Assembly: GCA_900617105.1 (NCBI GenBank)
Contig: UYFQ01000518.1
Span: 1 to 64,000 of the forward strand
Length of the DNA: 64,000 bases
DNA from: Hydrurus foetidus
Taxonomy: Eukaryota
Reading direction: 5' to 3'
The position numbers and the translations under genes are program-made. The notes under the pieces are model-generated. The model had not been told where the DNA came from, searched no databases, and was given only the letters and a program-made list of their open reading frames with translations. Each line of letters begins with the position of its first letter. Position 1 is the first letter of the stretch. Positions 50,801 through 63,566 of this stretch are shown here, in pieces.

Positions 50801-51717
50801 TGAGCTCCGCTACAAGTGAAACCACGACCGCTACTGCTGGTACCACCACTACCACTAGACTCAAAACAGAAGAACCTCCGTCTTTTCCCTCCTCCTCCTC
50901 TTCATCCTCTTCCTCAACCCCATCCTCATCTTCGCCTCCAGTGAAAAGAACAACGACATCTACGTCAACGTCAAGTTCAAAATCAAAATCAAATGCATCA
51001 CCCTCTCTGTCCTCCACCATCCCTCCTGTCTCCCGTGTGCCCATGACTGTTGCCGCGTGCATAGCTTTATCACCACAAAGAGGTTTAGAACCGGCTAAGG
51101 AAAATAGCAACGTATTAACGTCAGTGCAGAAAGATCAGATTCTTGCTCGTGAACGAAAACAGAGAGCAGATATGATCAGGAGTAAAGATGTGGAAGTGAA
51201 CAGAACACCTCGCACAGAGCTGACAGGAAAAGACGGTAACAAAGGAGTACAAAAAATTAATAATGTGGAGAATAGAGAGGGTGTGATAGGGAGTGGAAGT
51301 GCGAGTGAGAAGGTCAGCGAGAAGGTCAGTGAGAAGGTCAGTGAGAAGGTCAGTGAGAAGGTCAGTGAGAAGGTGGAGGTGGTTGATTTCACCACCCCTT
51401 ACAGCAGCCAGCAGCAAATTTTGATGTGGAAAAATTGGGGGAAAGACATCGATTGGGGTAAAATGAAATTCCAGGGAAATAGTGAGATTTATTCAAAGGC
51501 GCAAGAAGTGCTGGGACAGGGAGGGAGTAAAGTGTTGAAGAAATCAAAGCAAAAAATACTTCAGGATGAAGTTCAAATTGAGGTGAAGGTCAAAGTCGAA
51601 GTGAGAGGAGTAGATACTGACAGTGATAATGACAGAGATAGAGATAGAGGGGGTAGAGGGGTGCCGAAACAAAAGCAATTCAACAAAAGCGGTGTGCATA
51701 GCAAACAACGCTTCTAA
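47813..51717 (+). CDS. Large (~895 aa) J-domain-containing protein with bipartite plastid-type presequence
   Basis: Exons 47813-49100, 49477-49593, 50002-50292 and 50726-51717 are phase-consistent. The junction reads DFVCVLTSPGKNSLKKRYRQLTREFHPDSSRN..ALMSNLTGAFNFI (HPD motif). Signal peptide ending LRS|F; hydrophobic pair near aa 105-140; Ser/Thr-rich C-terminal half with SEKV repeats. Confidence 0.8.
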
Positions 51718-53314
51718 CGTACGTCACCATATTTGAAGAACTAAAGTGAAGAAATGTGACGTATGTATGTACACTTGTGTACACACGTGCGTACAGGTTT
51801 GAATACGAGGAATGATTAAGGAATTGAAGTGTTGGTGTTAAGAGTCACGGATGGAGTGAAATTAAGAAGGGAGAGAAAAAATTGGATAGATGTAGCAAAG
51901 AAGAGAAGGACAGTGGAAAGTGAAGTGGAAAATGGTTTGTGAAACCACGAGGGTAATGTGTACTAGCGGCACTGTTCGTCGACCCAGCCCTCCATCGCAT
52001 CATACTGCACTTTACAACCCTCCACTGTTACTTCCTACTGTTTATCACTCTACTCTGATCTTCATCTCGTCTAACTTTACCAGCCGCATATTTCGTTTTT
52101 CAATGTGGTGCCAGTGACACTCATCAGCACCGTTTCCTCCTCCTGAAAGTTCCTAAACCACACCATTTCTTTGATAGATTGTAGCTCCACGATATAAGTA
52201 TCGATAGTAGAAGTAGAAGTAGCATTGCAGCACAGTCAAGAGGCGAAGCACAGACAATGAAATGATAGTAGAAAATGACGAGAGCTGAAAACAGTCGATA
52301 GGATAGGATGGGATGGTAGAGAGAAATGAGATGGAGTAGAGGGATTGGATGGAACGGGATGAGTCTTGTGATCACTGGCATGCTACAACAACCGTACACC
52401 ACATGACTCATACACACATATTACAGAACTGTTGCTTTGATCAGTGACTGCACAGCACCTTTCTGTCTCCGTCCTCATTCCCCATCCACCTGTCATTGAC
52501 CTCTACCCTGCATTCAATTCAATTCAATTGCTTGCTTGCTGCCACATCCATGATGTCCGTCTGTACATTTCAATACACTGTATCACTGCATCGCACTGTA
52601 TTGCACCTCAGTGAAATGCACTGCATCGTAATGTGTTATATGCCACACTGCTATGCATTGTACAACTCGTACTGTACTGTTCGTCCTTTACACTTCGTAC
52701 ATGTTTTACAAGACAGTACTGAGATCAGTGCAACATAAACCCAATAAGTCCCTACCATGAATCATGTCGGAGACTACACCCTACAATATGAATTCTAATC
52801 TTCTTCTTCACATCACATCAAATCACTTTACATCACATTACATCAGTTCACATTACATCATATCACATCATATCACACCACATCACAACACATCACAACG
52901 CAACACAACACGACACATCTCATCACATCACATCACATCACAGCTGCCTCAACACCTCTAACGCGACCTCATACACACATCAACATCAACATCAACATCA
53001 ATGCTCAACCCAATCCCATTTCGTTTCGTTTCATGCACAGTAGAACACTCTCAATTATTCAACAAACACGATTTTAATGACGCATTGCGTAGGGTGTGAA
53101 GATTAAAGTTCGGCGTATTGTGATGGCAGAGGAAAATAAAATTGTGCTTGCCCTCCTCTGCTCTTCATTACCGCTCTTATCTTCTTATCTGACTCAGACT
53201 TCTTCTTCTTCTCACTCGCCGTGTTCTTCGACTGACATTGCTTGAAAGAACTGAGGGGGTCAAGTCAAACTACCCATGTATTTCTTTTTGATGAAATTCT
53301 TTCAGTGACAGAAG

Positions 53315-53565
53315 GCAGTGTTTGACTCTTATAAGGTAACACCGAACTTTCTCGAGACCGTCTTAAGTTTTTTTTATTTGCGGTCAGAGTGTGCAAGGTT
53401 AGTGCGCTTGCCTCTCTAGTGCGTAGGTGCCATGATGAGCGGTCACTGAGAATATGGCACCTGAACAACTTGTGGGCATGACTGCATACTGTGTCGTGAG
53501 GCAACAAGACTCGTTACCGTCAAACTGCTGAACACCCGACATGAGATCTAATTCTGTTCGATCTC
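53315..53565 (+). other. Candidate structured RNA or structured DNA element of unknown family
   Basis: A closing stem and four internal hairpins identified by eye; no known RNA family motif recognised. Confidence 0.3.
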
Positions 53566-54059
53566 AAGTACCAGCCCAGGAACGAGAGCATCGCGTCGCA
53601 TGGAGTGAAGTGACAGCTGCTAGTAAGCACCAGAAGCAGAATAGTGCAATGCATCATCGTTAGTGAATTAAGAACATGAACATGAAAGTTACAAGGCGAC
53701 CGCATAATGAAGAAAACCCAAAAAGCAAAATGTAATCTATCAACAGTCGGAGCTTAACTTGCCCTATTCTCCCTGCCTCCTCTTATTAGACACCACCTGT
53801 ATTCCTACCAACATCCCTATTCAGTGGTGTCGCTGAAGTCGTGATGCGAGCAACATGGGCGATTGTCCTCTACGATGCAGCCCCGCCTCAATACGCATCA
53901 CATCACAAAACAGATAACCTTCGCTCTTCTACTCTATCTTACTCCTCCTCGCCCTTCCCGATTTGCCACGCCACAGCACTACAAAATCTAGCACACCAAG
54001 CCGCGTCATACCGTACCATCCTTTACGACAGTGTACTTCACTGTGTAGGGAACATTCGC

Positions 54060-57000
54060 TCATCTGAGTTGTATCTTGGCAACGTTCTGTAGGTTGGAGA
54101 GGGAGCGCAGTGACGTCATCGCGTTGATAGGAATGTCGTCATCCAGGGCCATGAAACTCATCATGCTCTGGTTCGCCTGAAGTGTCATTACAGGGGAGGA
54201 GAGGAGAGGGGAGGGAAGGAGGGCGGAAATTGGTTTTTAATATTTGTGCGGAGTGAGGGAGAGATGGTCGGGGATGAGAAATGATCTGTCTATTACGTAC
54301 TGCCTGTTATCGCATAGGTTGATTAAGGTGACGTGATCGTCTACAAGAGTAGTACAAAAAGCTGAATTATTCGGATTACTCGGCATCGACTGTTCGTACG
54401 AGGTGTTCGTTCTACGTGATAGCTAAGTACTGCACAATACAGCACGGCATGTTAAGTGCAGTATGGCGTATGATATTGTGATATGACGGGTTCAGTGCAG
54501 TGAAGTGTCAGGTGTTCTATTGTAGGACACGTAGTGCATTGTAGTATCGCAGGGACAGAATGAGATGGTTCCTGTTCAGCATGGGGGCCACATATTACAC
54601 AGGAACCACTTTATTGTGCTCTAATAACACAGCGCATGCAAGCAGTGTGATATGATAAATTGCCTTACCTGCCCTGCTCCAGCTCTGGTGACGTTGAGGG
54701 AAGCCACGTTGACATTGGCGTTGTTCAGCACTTGCAGGACCTCGGAAATAACTCCGGGGCGATCTTCGTTGCGGAACGTGAGGATGTAGTTGCTCTCAGG
54801 CTGTGGGGAGTAATGGAAAGCGGGGAGGAGGTTAGAGCGGAGTTTGTGTAGGGGAGAATAAAGACAAGGAAAGGGAGGGGAGTAAGAGGGGAGCAAGGGT
54901 TCAGATGCTGAAGGGGAATAGTGGAAACAAGGGGATGGGAGGAGAATAAGAAGAGGTATGGACACAGGGGAAGGGGTGGGGGATAGGAGTGGAGATGTGA
55001 TGAGTTGAGGGTGGATAGCAATGTGGGCTGTGCGGTAGATATTGCCCTCATGAATGAATGCGCATACCTTGAATGCGAGGGTGTCAACGTAGTCGTCCAC
55101 CTGCACGATGTGAGGTACACTTCCGAACACAGCGCCTGCCATCATAGAGGGAAAGGAAGAGAGAGAGGAAAGAAGAATGGTGTGAGAGTCAGAAATGGAG
55201 TAAAAGAGATGAGTATCAGGAGAAATGACTCAATAATTAGTATGCAGGAAAAGGAGAAGATGCTTTCGTTATGTACTGATAAAGAGCTGTGTATAAACTG
55301 ACTGACTAGATGACAAATTGGCTGACTCACCGGTTATGACAGACTTTGTGTTATCAGCGCGAGTGACTCCGACTGAGATGAGGTTCCAGTAAGGAGATCC
55401 GATGTTCTCGGGATCCTCCTAAAAAATAAATAATGTGGGAAGTAGAAGGTGCGGAGGCAAATGGTGCGAGAGTGTGAGAGATTGTGTGTGTGTGAAGTAA
55501 GGAATAATAGTGTGTGTGTGTGAGTGAGGAGTGTGTGTGTAGAGAAATGAGAGGATAGAAATGGCAAGTATGCTATCACAGTTAGTGATGCAGATAGCGA
55601 CACGGAGCAGAATAGAGCAGAGTATGGCGGAGTATCTCACCGTGCTTATAACGCTATCGATGCCTGCCTCCTTCGCCATCGCTGGAGCTGAGATTAAGTC
55701 GGGCATTCCCATTCCCTATTGAAAGATAAAAATAAGATGAAGTGAATTGATGTCGTATATTGTGACTGAGGGAAACAAACAGAGTTCCGGGGAAGCAAGC
55801 AGTGTGTGTGTGTGTGGTGGGGGGAGAAGGAGTAAAGAAATGTGACAGTGGATGTGTAACTACAGGAGACAACTGGAAGTAGTTAGATAATGATGACGGG
55901 ACGGGGCTGTGACGAGGTATGGCGTGGACTGGATAACAAGAAAGGCATAGATGCAGTGCAGAGTGTTGCTAACGAAAAGAACAGAGTCATCACGCATGAT
56001 TTAGAAAAGAGCAATGTCATGTCATAGTATTGATCAGAGTAGTGTTACTGCTGTGCTGTGCTGTGTTGCGTGTTGCACCTTGATGTGCTTGACGACCCCT
56101 TTAAGCACTACTGCTTCGAGAAGGTTTCTCACTGTTCTCGTTGTTATGTTCACATCACGTCCGCCCCATGTCTTCAATTCAATTGACCTGAATGTGTGAG
56201 GTGATGGAGATGGGAGAGGAGTAGGGGTGGTGGAGGGTAGGGATGGAGATGGGATGACAGAGGAGGAGAGGGGTATGTGTGGGTTGAAATGTGAGAGAGA
56301 GATGATGACTCATAGTTGTTTGTTAATTGACTCTGTAAAGGAGTGCAGCAACTCATCTATCACTGGATGAAAATTAGCTGACAGAATAGAGAACAATAGA
56401 TGCCTTCATAACAGAGCATGTTATCGACAGCACTAGGGAGCTAGCTGCGATGTTCTGCATTCATAGCAGAATAAAGGGTTCACTTTCTGTCCTGTTATGT
56501 AGGAGAGGAGGTGTGGTGCGTGCGTCACTCACTTGATGGGAGATTCACTGAGCTGTGCCTGCATGGATCCGATTGTCTCCGCCAGGATCTTGAAGGGCTT
56601 AATGTGGGGCAACTTCGACTGTGTGGACATTGAATACAACAAGATGGGAGGGGTTAGAGAGAGAAAGAAAGAGAGAGAGAGAGAGAAGGGGTGAGGAAGG
56701 AAGGGGTGGAGGTGAGAAGGAGATAGGATGCGTTATTTTGTATTCAGTAAATGCGTGAATGTCTTAGCTGTGAAGAACAACGAGTCTTGAATTTCTGACA
56801 GAGATCAAGTAAGGTGCTGTCATGTGACGTTACGTGCAGTTACAGAGTGCACTGTATAGTGCAGTGTATGCTGGAATGTGAGGTACAATACAGTGGAGTG
56901 CAGTGGGTACTTACAGCGGCCATGTAGGATACATTCACTACGCCAACATAGTCCTTCTGCTCGAACACGTCGCACATCTGCACTGCGATGTCGCGCGCAA

Positions 57001-60000
57001 CATTGACTTGAGCCTCGTCCTGGAGAAGAAGAGAGATAAAGAGAGCAGTGATGTGGGTGTGGGAAGGATGATGGTGTGAGTGATGCAGATGATGAGGAAG
57101 AGGAGAGGCAGATAACGTAGGTGGGGACAGGAGTGTGGGAGAGTGAAGGAGGTTGTGTGTGATGGAGATGATGGAAGAGGCGACAGCGGCGACCTTCACT
57201 AGGAGATTGTAGAGGCATGAAAGGGTTCAAGACGGTGGATAGACGAGAGAATCTGGCGGAGAGGAGTATTGAGGGAAGGCGATTTCGATTTAGTTCCGTG
57301 CTTTGCGATTCTATTTGATTGAACATCTTCTAGACCGGACAAGGAGAAATAGTGAGGCATCGAGAATTAACACAATCCTTTACTGCCAAATGCTGAATAG
57401 TATTACATCAAAGTCCGAAGGCAGTAGTAAGGCGGGTAACGCAAAGAGAAAGGAAGGAGCACACGAAGCAAGCGCTGGAGACTGGATTGCAGCTAGGAAG
57501 ATCGACACATGTACATGCACATGTAAGCGCTACTCACAGTTGATGCGCCAAGATGGGGAGTGCACACGAGGTTAGGGTGCGCGATAAGAGCTTTAAGATT
57601 CTCTTTGGGGGGTTCTGACGTAAATACGTCAAGGGCGGCTCCAGCCACACGGCCAGACTGAAAGTGAGAATGAGAACAAGAATGGAGAGTGAGAGGTAGT
57701 GAGAGGGGGGGGGAGGGGGAGGGAGGGATGGAGAGACTGAGAGAGATGGGGAGATACAGAAAGACAGTGTGAGGTAAAGAGGGTGAGAGAAAGAGAATAA
57801 GCGAGATGACGAGTGAGAGAGAAAGAGGTTGTATGAGAGAGATAGGAGAGAAGGAGATAGAAAGAAAGATGAGAGAAAGATGGGTAGGAGATGTGGGATA
57901 TCTCATGACAGTTTCAACCTTCTATGATCAGATAAGAAGAGAGGTCGACTGTCTAGCAGAGTGCGAGAATATAATGTATGTAGGAGGGGGAGACAGGAAA
58001 AAATGTGTTTGTACGGTGTCAGTGTACGTGCGTACAGCACAGGACAGTACGTACCTCTAACCCTCTGAGCAGAGCAGCCTCATCCACGATACCGCCTGTA
58101 GTGTTGAATTAGGGAGAGAGTGATGAGGTCAGCAAGAGACAAATGAAGATGCGAGGCAGTGTATAAAAGTATCCTTGAGGTTCTGAGGAGGAGTCGATGA
58201 GAGAAGAGATATAGGGCAGTACATGAGAGTCTCGGTGAGGAAGTGTTGAGGAGTGTGAAGTAGTGACGTATACACTCGAAGAGTTCTCACGGCACAAACT
58301 GAACAGAAAAGGTCAGCAGGACACACCTCTGGCACAGTTAACAATTCTGACTCCGTGCTTGCACTTGGCGATGGTAACGTCATCGATAAGGTTGTTGGTC
58401 TCTTTTGTGAGCGGGGTATGCACTGTGATGAAGTCACTCTTCGCCCAGATGTCCTCAAGGTCAGCTCTCTCAATACCAACCTGATAGATTAAGAGGATAG
58501 AAGGGATAAACGGGGGCGAGGAAGAGTGGGTAGAAGGGAGAGGCAGAAAGGGGTGAGGAAGGGGGGATGTACGTGGGTTAGGAAGACTCATGTACAGAAG
58601 AGGAGTAGTGGTGGTCACAAGTGCAATCCGAATGGTGAAGTAAGGAGTTAGTATGTGCCATCTAATTAGTATATGACGGAGTGTACACATGAGATGCGCA
58701 ATTAAGAGAAATGCTGTGATGAGAAAGATAAAGAACTCGGAATGTGCAGCAACTGCATCCTGTCATATTATAGAAGAGAATTAAAATGCTGGTGGTAGCG
58801 CAGAGTTTTGATAGTTATTGCGAGTGTTGCGAGGCACTTTCATAGTCTAAAGCTGCCAGAGAGCTTCGTCATCCAACTGACACAGGAAGTCATCGGACAT
58901 GATCACTCCACGAATTGCTGACAGAAAGACAATCAGGGACATATCTACGTCGTCGAAAGAGCGAGGCACTTTCTAACCTCGAGGAAAGCATCTGGAGTCA
59001 TGACAGGGTCATAACCGATCACATGCATTCCCATCGTCTGGGCGCATGATGCTACGACCTGCATCAGAATAGCGAAGAGTTAGGAACATGAGAATAGCGA
59101 AGAGTTAGCAACATGAGAATAGCGAGGAGTTAAGAACATTTGTTATATAAGCTGAAAGGTGATCCAGCCCTTGCACCCAGCCTTTTATGCTTCAGGGCTA
59201 CATTTAGCTTAGGGTAGGGGGTTAAGTAAAATTGCTGGGTAGCGTGGTTGGATTCTCATTCCCTTGTATTAGGAACATTTGAAGCGTTGAGATTGTGTTA
59301 CGAGGCAATAAATGCAATGCTCCCAATACGAACCTGTCCAATTCTACCGCATCCGACAACTCCTAGAGTTTTTCCGTGTAATTCTACTCCTGTGAAGGAT
59401 TTCCTGTGATAGAGGTGGCATATACTTTCAGGCTGTGGGTTGTGCAATGATCGTATCGATGAGATATTTGTTCTCGGAAAACGTTCCGATAGACTAATAT
59501 TATAAGAACTGACAAAAAGAAAAAAAGCAAAGAAATTCACTGTGCTGTGACTACATAGCTTGACAGGAGGTGACCATAATAGCTCCTAGGTCCGTTTTAA
59601 CACCACATCTTCTAGAGGAAATCCTAACGAAGTCTTTCAGTTAGCTAGTGTTGCTCAGTCTCTGATTGTACCTGTCCCATTTGCCTTCTTTAACACTCAT
59701 GTCTGCTGCAGGAACTTTCCTTGCCAAACTTGCCATTAATGAAAGAGCAAGCTGTGCCGTACTGACAGTGTTTCCTCCGGGTGTATTCATGACCATTACA
59801 CCACGTTTTGTTGCCTCAGGGATATCAATGTTATCCACTCCGACACCAGCTCTTCCAACGACCCTCATTTTTGTGGCGTGTTTGAGAACATTCGCGTTTA
59901 CTTTGGTGGCACTACGAACAACTAATCCTTCGTAGTCACCGATAATCTTAATGAGTTCGGCTTCAGGCATAGATTTCAGGAAATCAACTTGGTGGCCTCT

Positions 60001-60126
60001 CTCCTTAAAGAGTGTTACACAGCATTCATCGACCCCATCAGTAAGTAGAACTTTGGCGGAGGCTCTATTAGATGAATGAAACAACCTCTTCGACGAGGCC
60101 GTTATGCTTCTGGTAGCGCGCATCAT
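54060..60126 (-). CDS. PHGDH: D-3-phosphoglycerate dehydrogenase (type I, with ASB and ACT domains), predicted mitochondrial, 14 exons
   Basis: Exons 60126-59672, 59403-59334, 59058-58978, 58480-58327, 58095-58055, 57657-57538, 57019-56915, 56618-56533, 56187-56079, 55715-55641, 55418-55331, 55135-55068, 54800-54669 and 54176-54060 are all in phase. Motifs [52 protein letters not shown] and NEDRPGVI. Confidence 0.97.
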
Positions 60127-60389
60127 TATCGTACTTTAGTCCCAGGAGAAGAGCGGTGACTTGTATTACTAGAAAACAACAGAACTATAATGAGATCAGT
60201 CTTGAGTAGTGACTTCCAATGACTGGATATTACTTGAATGAAGTGATAAGGGTGGGGACCAAACTTTGGAAGGAACACACGAAGATCTTTTGAGAGGCTG
60301 TCAGCCGATTTGGTTCTAAATTGGAGTCATCCGGTAGAAATAAATGAAAACATCTCCCCTGACCCCAGACCGCTGGGGTCCAGATTTTT

Positions 60390-62297
60390 TAGGGCTGGTG
60401 GCCGTCGCTGAAAATTGTCACGGCCAGTCTGACGGCCAGAACCCCTTTAAAATCGACAGTCTACGGCCACTGGCCACGGCCACGGCCATGATCACGGCCA
60501 CGGCCACGGCCAGTGGTAGTCAAAACCGTTAAAATGATGACGTTGATACTTTTCATGCCCACATTTCGAGGTTCATGCCCACATTTGAAGGTTCATGCCC
60601 ACAGTCGCATTTATCTTCGAAGTTAATCACACAGCCCTTTCTTTGACAAGCGAAAGATAGAGTCGATTGAGCTTGCATTTCACGTTGAGCTTTCAAAGAT
60701 TATTGTAGGCCAGATATTTTTTGAAGAAAAGTCAACCAACTCGACCCAACTTCACTCAACTCGACTCTCTTTCATCTTCAAAATCAACTCTAATACTGAA
60801 TTGAACTTGTAAGACTAAATACAAGATGTCACCTTCTAGCGTTCGCAGCGAAGGTGGAGCAGCAGCTGCAGGCTACTGTCTCAATTCAGTGAGCTATCGA
60901 GTAGACGAAGCTGTGAAGTACAACGTATTAAATTCTGATAAGAGCTTACAGATAGCCACGCAAAAGAGCTATCGGAACAGTTCATGACAGTGAAACTACC
61001 TTGGGACAAAGATCACAGTGAGATGTGTTGTGCATAGCTTGTGCTTGAGGAACGTTGCATGAAGCTCATAGCAACGAAGTTTTTTGGCGATACTGAATCA
61101 TCATAAAAAGCGAACGTTTATTTGCGTGTGGTCAGAGGGTTCGTACTAACTGCTACATGGCGATAGTACAGGGGTACGTTCGAATGTATATGTATATGTG
61201 AACTTACATGCGTAAGTACAGGTGTACTTACGTATGTACGCCTATACATCTATGTACGACGTTACAAGCGATCGTACATACGTACACATTGACTATGCAC
61301 ATACATGTGTAAGTACGTGTGTGTACGTATGCATATAATAGTATGCACTAATATGTGCACGTACGGGTGTACGTGTGTGCGTGACCATACAGGTGTATGC
61401 TATGCTATGCTATAGGCGTGCGTACGTACGTACACATTGACTATGTACGCACATGTGTAAGCAGTAAGCACGTGTGTGTACGTATGCATAAATGAGTATG
61501 CACTAGCGTGTGTAAGTACGAGTGTATGTGTGCAAATTAGCATACCGTCGAGTGCCTATTCTTTTGCCATTTTGAAGTGAGAATAGGATTTTGACAACGG
61601 TGAGAATCACGGAAATTTTGACACGGTAATTGCCAACGGGAACTGCTAACTCCTCGGACATAGAGTTTCACACAAATGTGAAATTGGATTCGGAAAGAGC
61701 ATAGTTATTTTAGATACACTGCCTATTCAGTTTTCAATCTGCGCTCCCCAAAATCGAGAAATTTCGATCGCAAGGGACCGAAAGTTCATTTTGGATCGCG
61801 ATTTGCAGCCGATCTGCTCATCGTAGGTGCATGACCATCATATATCAAAAGATGCGGACATCTTCAGGCAACACCTGACACATCTCATCGGGGTCCCCAC
61901 TTCTCTAGTTGTCGCGAAATTGCTGGAAAACAGCCAAAAATCTCCGAAATTCCGAAAACCGGAAATTGAAAATGGCAAAAGAATAGGCACTCGACGGTAC
62001 TTCTGTACTTACGCACGTACGTGCCGCATAACGTACACGTATGTATTTGTAACTACATTTGCAACTATATTACTACAGACATAACTTGATGGAATCAGGT
62101 AGTCTGACAGAACTGTGAACATTGTACATGTGACATGATGTCCTCAATGGTGACGTGTAAGGCTTCAGTGGCCATGGTGGCCGTGTGGTGGCCGTAGTGG
62201 CCGTGATGGCCGTGGCCGTCGCCCCCGACGGCCAGTCCGATGGCCACGGCCATGATCACAGTCTGGCCGTGATTTCACGGCCCGGCCACCAGCCCTA
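60390..62297. mobile_element. Non-autonomous hAT DNA transposon (1908 bp)
   Basis: Perfect 15-bp TIR TAGGGCTGGTGGCCG, 8-bp TSD AGATTTTT at 60382-60389 and 62298-62305, and clustered subterminal ACGGCC/GGCCGT repeats at both ends. No transposase ORF. Confidence 0.93.
61545..61997. mobile_element. Tc1/mariner-type MITE (453 bp) nested in the hAT element
   Basis: Perfect 29-bp TIR CCGTCGAGTGCCTATTCTTTTGCCATTTT flanked by TA at 61543-61544 and 61998-61999. Confidence 0.92.
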
Positions 62298-63566
62298 AGA
62301 TTTTTTGATCCTGGGGAAGGTTTATGTGACTTCAAGTCCACCGTCCCGTGAATCTGGAAGAAAGCGCAATTTACGACGAGGGCATCCATTGAAGAATGAA
62401 CATCACCATTACTAACTCATATCTAGTCATAATGACGTCACGATTGAGGATTGACAGATGGCAATCGTGACGTCATTACTGGCCAACACTATAGTGACAT
62501 ATGTTGTGCCCTACATTAACTGTTTGGTCAGGCCTAGTACCGTTACCTGAGATTGGATACAGTTGACTTCACACTTTTTCGGTAAAAATAACGCATGATG
62601 GACGTTTCTTACGGTATACGGTATGCGGTACAATCTACGTAGTGTAGGGGAAGGCGCCTAGTAACGCCTAATGACGGCTAGAAATTGTCTCGAGTCAAAT
62701 GGCGTCTATTCCTCTGATTTGTCAGTATTCAGTATTACTGTTTAACGTTATGCATTTCAAAAATAGTTTCATGACAGTGTAGAAATACCAAAACGAAACC
62801 ACTGCCGCCAAATTATTAGAGTGACGCGACATTGTTCTGTAAATGAGATTCTGTGACGTACGTACGTACGTATGTTCCATTTCAAGTAAGAATGCACAGC
62901 AGTTGCACGTATATTAAGGAGTCTGTCTTCCGTTAAATTATGGCATTATACCGTGTCTTTCGGTTAAAGAGGCCGCATCAAGAGTCTTGCAATTTGAGAT
63001 CTCCCTATTTCTATTATTGAGTATGTCAACTTCTTCGTCCAGTTCAGATTTCAGATTAGTCCAGTGCGATGGCATAGCATGGTACGTACATGTACATCTT
63101 ATCGATCAGAAACTAGAAGAACGGTACAGCAGTTTTTGGTGTTTCCTTTCTTCTCCTGTAAGTCTCTTGTCGACCTCACCTCACCTCACCTCACTTTATC
63201 TCGTGTCCGTCTGTTTATCTATCGGTCTGTCAGAGTTCAAGACTGCGAATGTGCATCTCGAATCCGCATATTTTCATTTCCATCTTCATACAGCATCATT
63301 GACAAGCAACTAGCACTTGGAGAGCTCACGTTCCAACTTTCTCACTGATCCGCAACGGATCTGTGAGGACCTTTTAGTTTACTTCGTAGGATAGGAAGAT
63401 GCGTTCGTACGTCATCACATCAAATCATATCCCATCACATCCAACATGGAATAGGTGCGTACTTACAATTTCGAACAGTCACTTCTGATATCCGAAGGCA
63501 CACTTTTCATTTTTATTTTTATTTTTATCTCCATTTTCTTTTTTAATGTCATTTTCATCTTCATCC

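Noticed and set aside
53425..53510. TPP-riboswitch-like (CTGAGA..ACCTGAAC), box C/D-like and telomerase-template-like (CTAACCT on the minus strand) words
   Set aside because: The required partner helices and spacing are missing (no P4/P5 pairing, no canonical K-turn stem, template one C short of TTAGGG). Kept only as an unassigned structure.
62935..63400. Protein-like fragments on the minus strand downstream of the edge gene
   Set aside because: Frequent stops, no consistent splice path and no recognisable family; probably UTR or intergenic.
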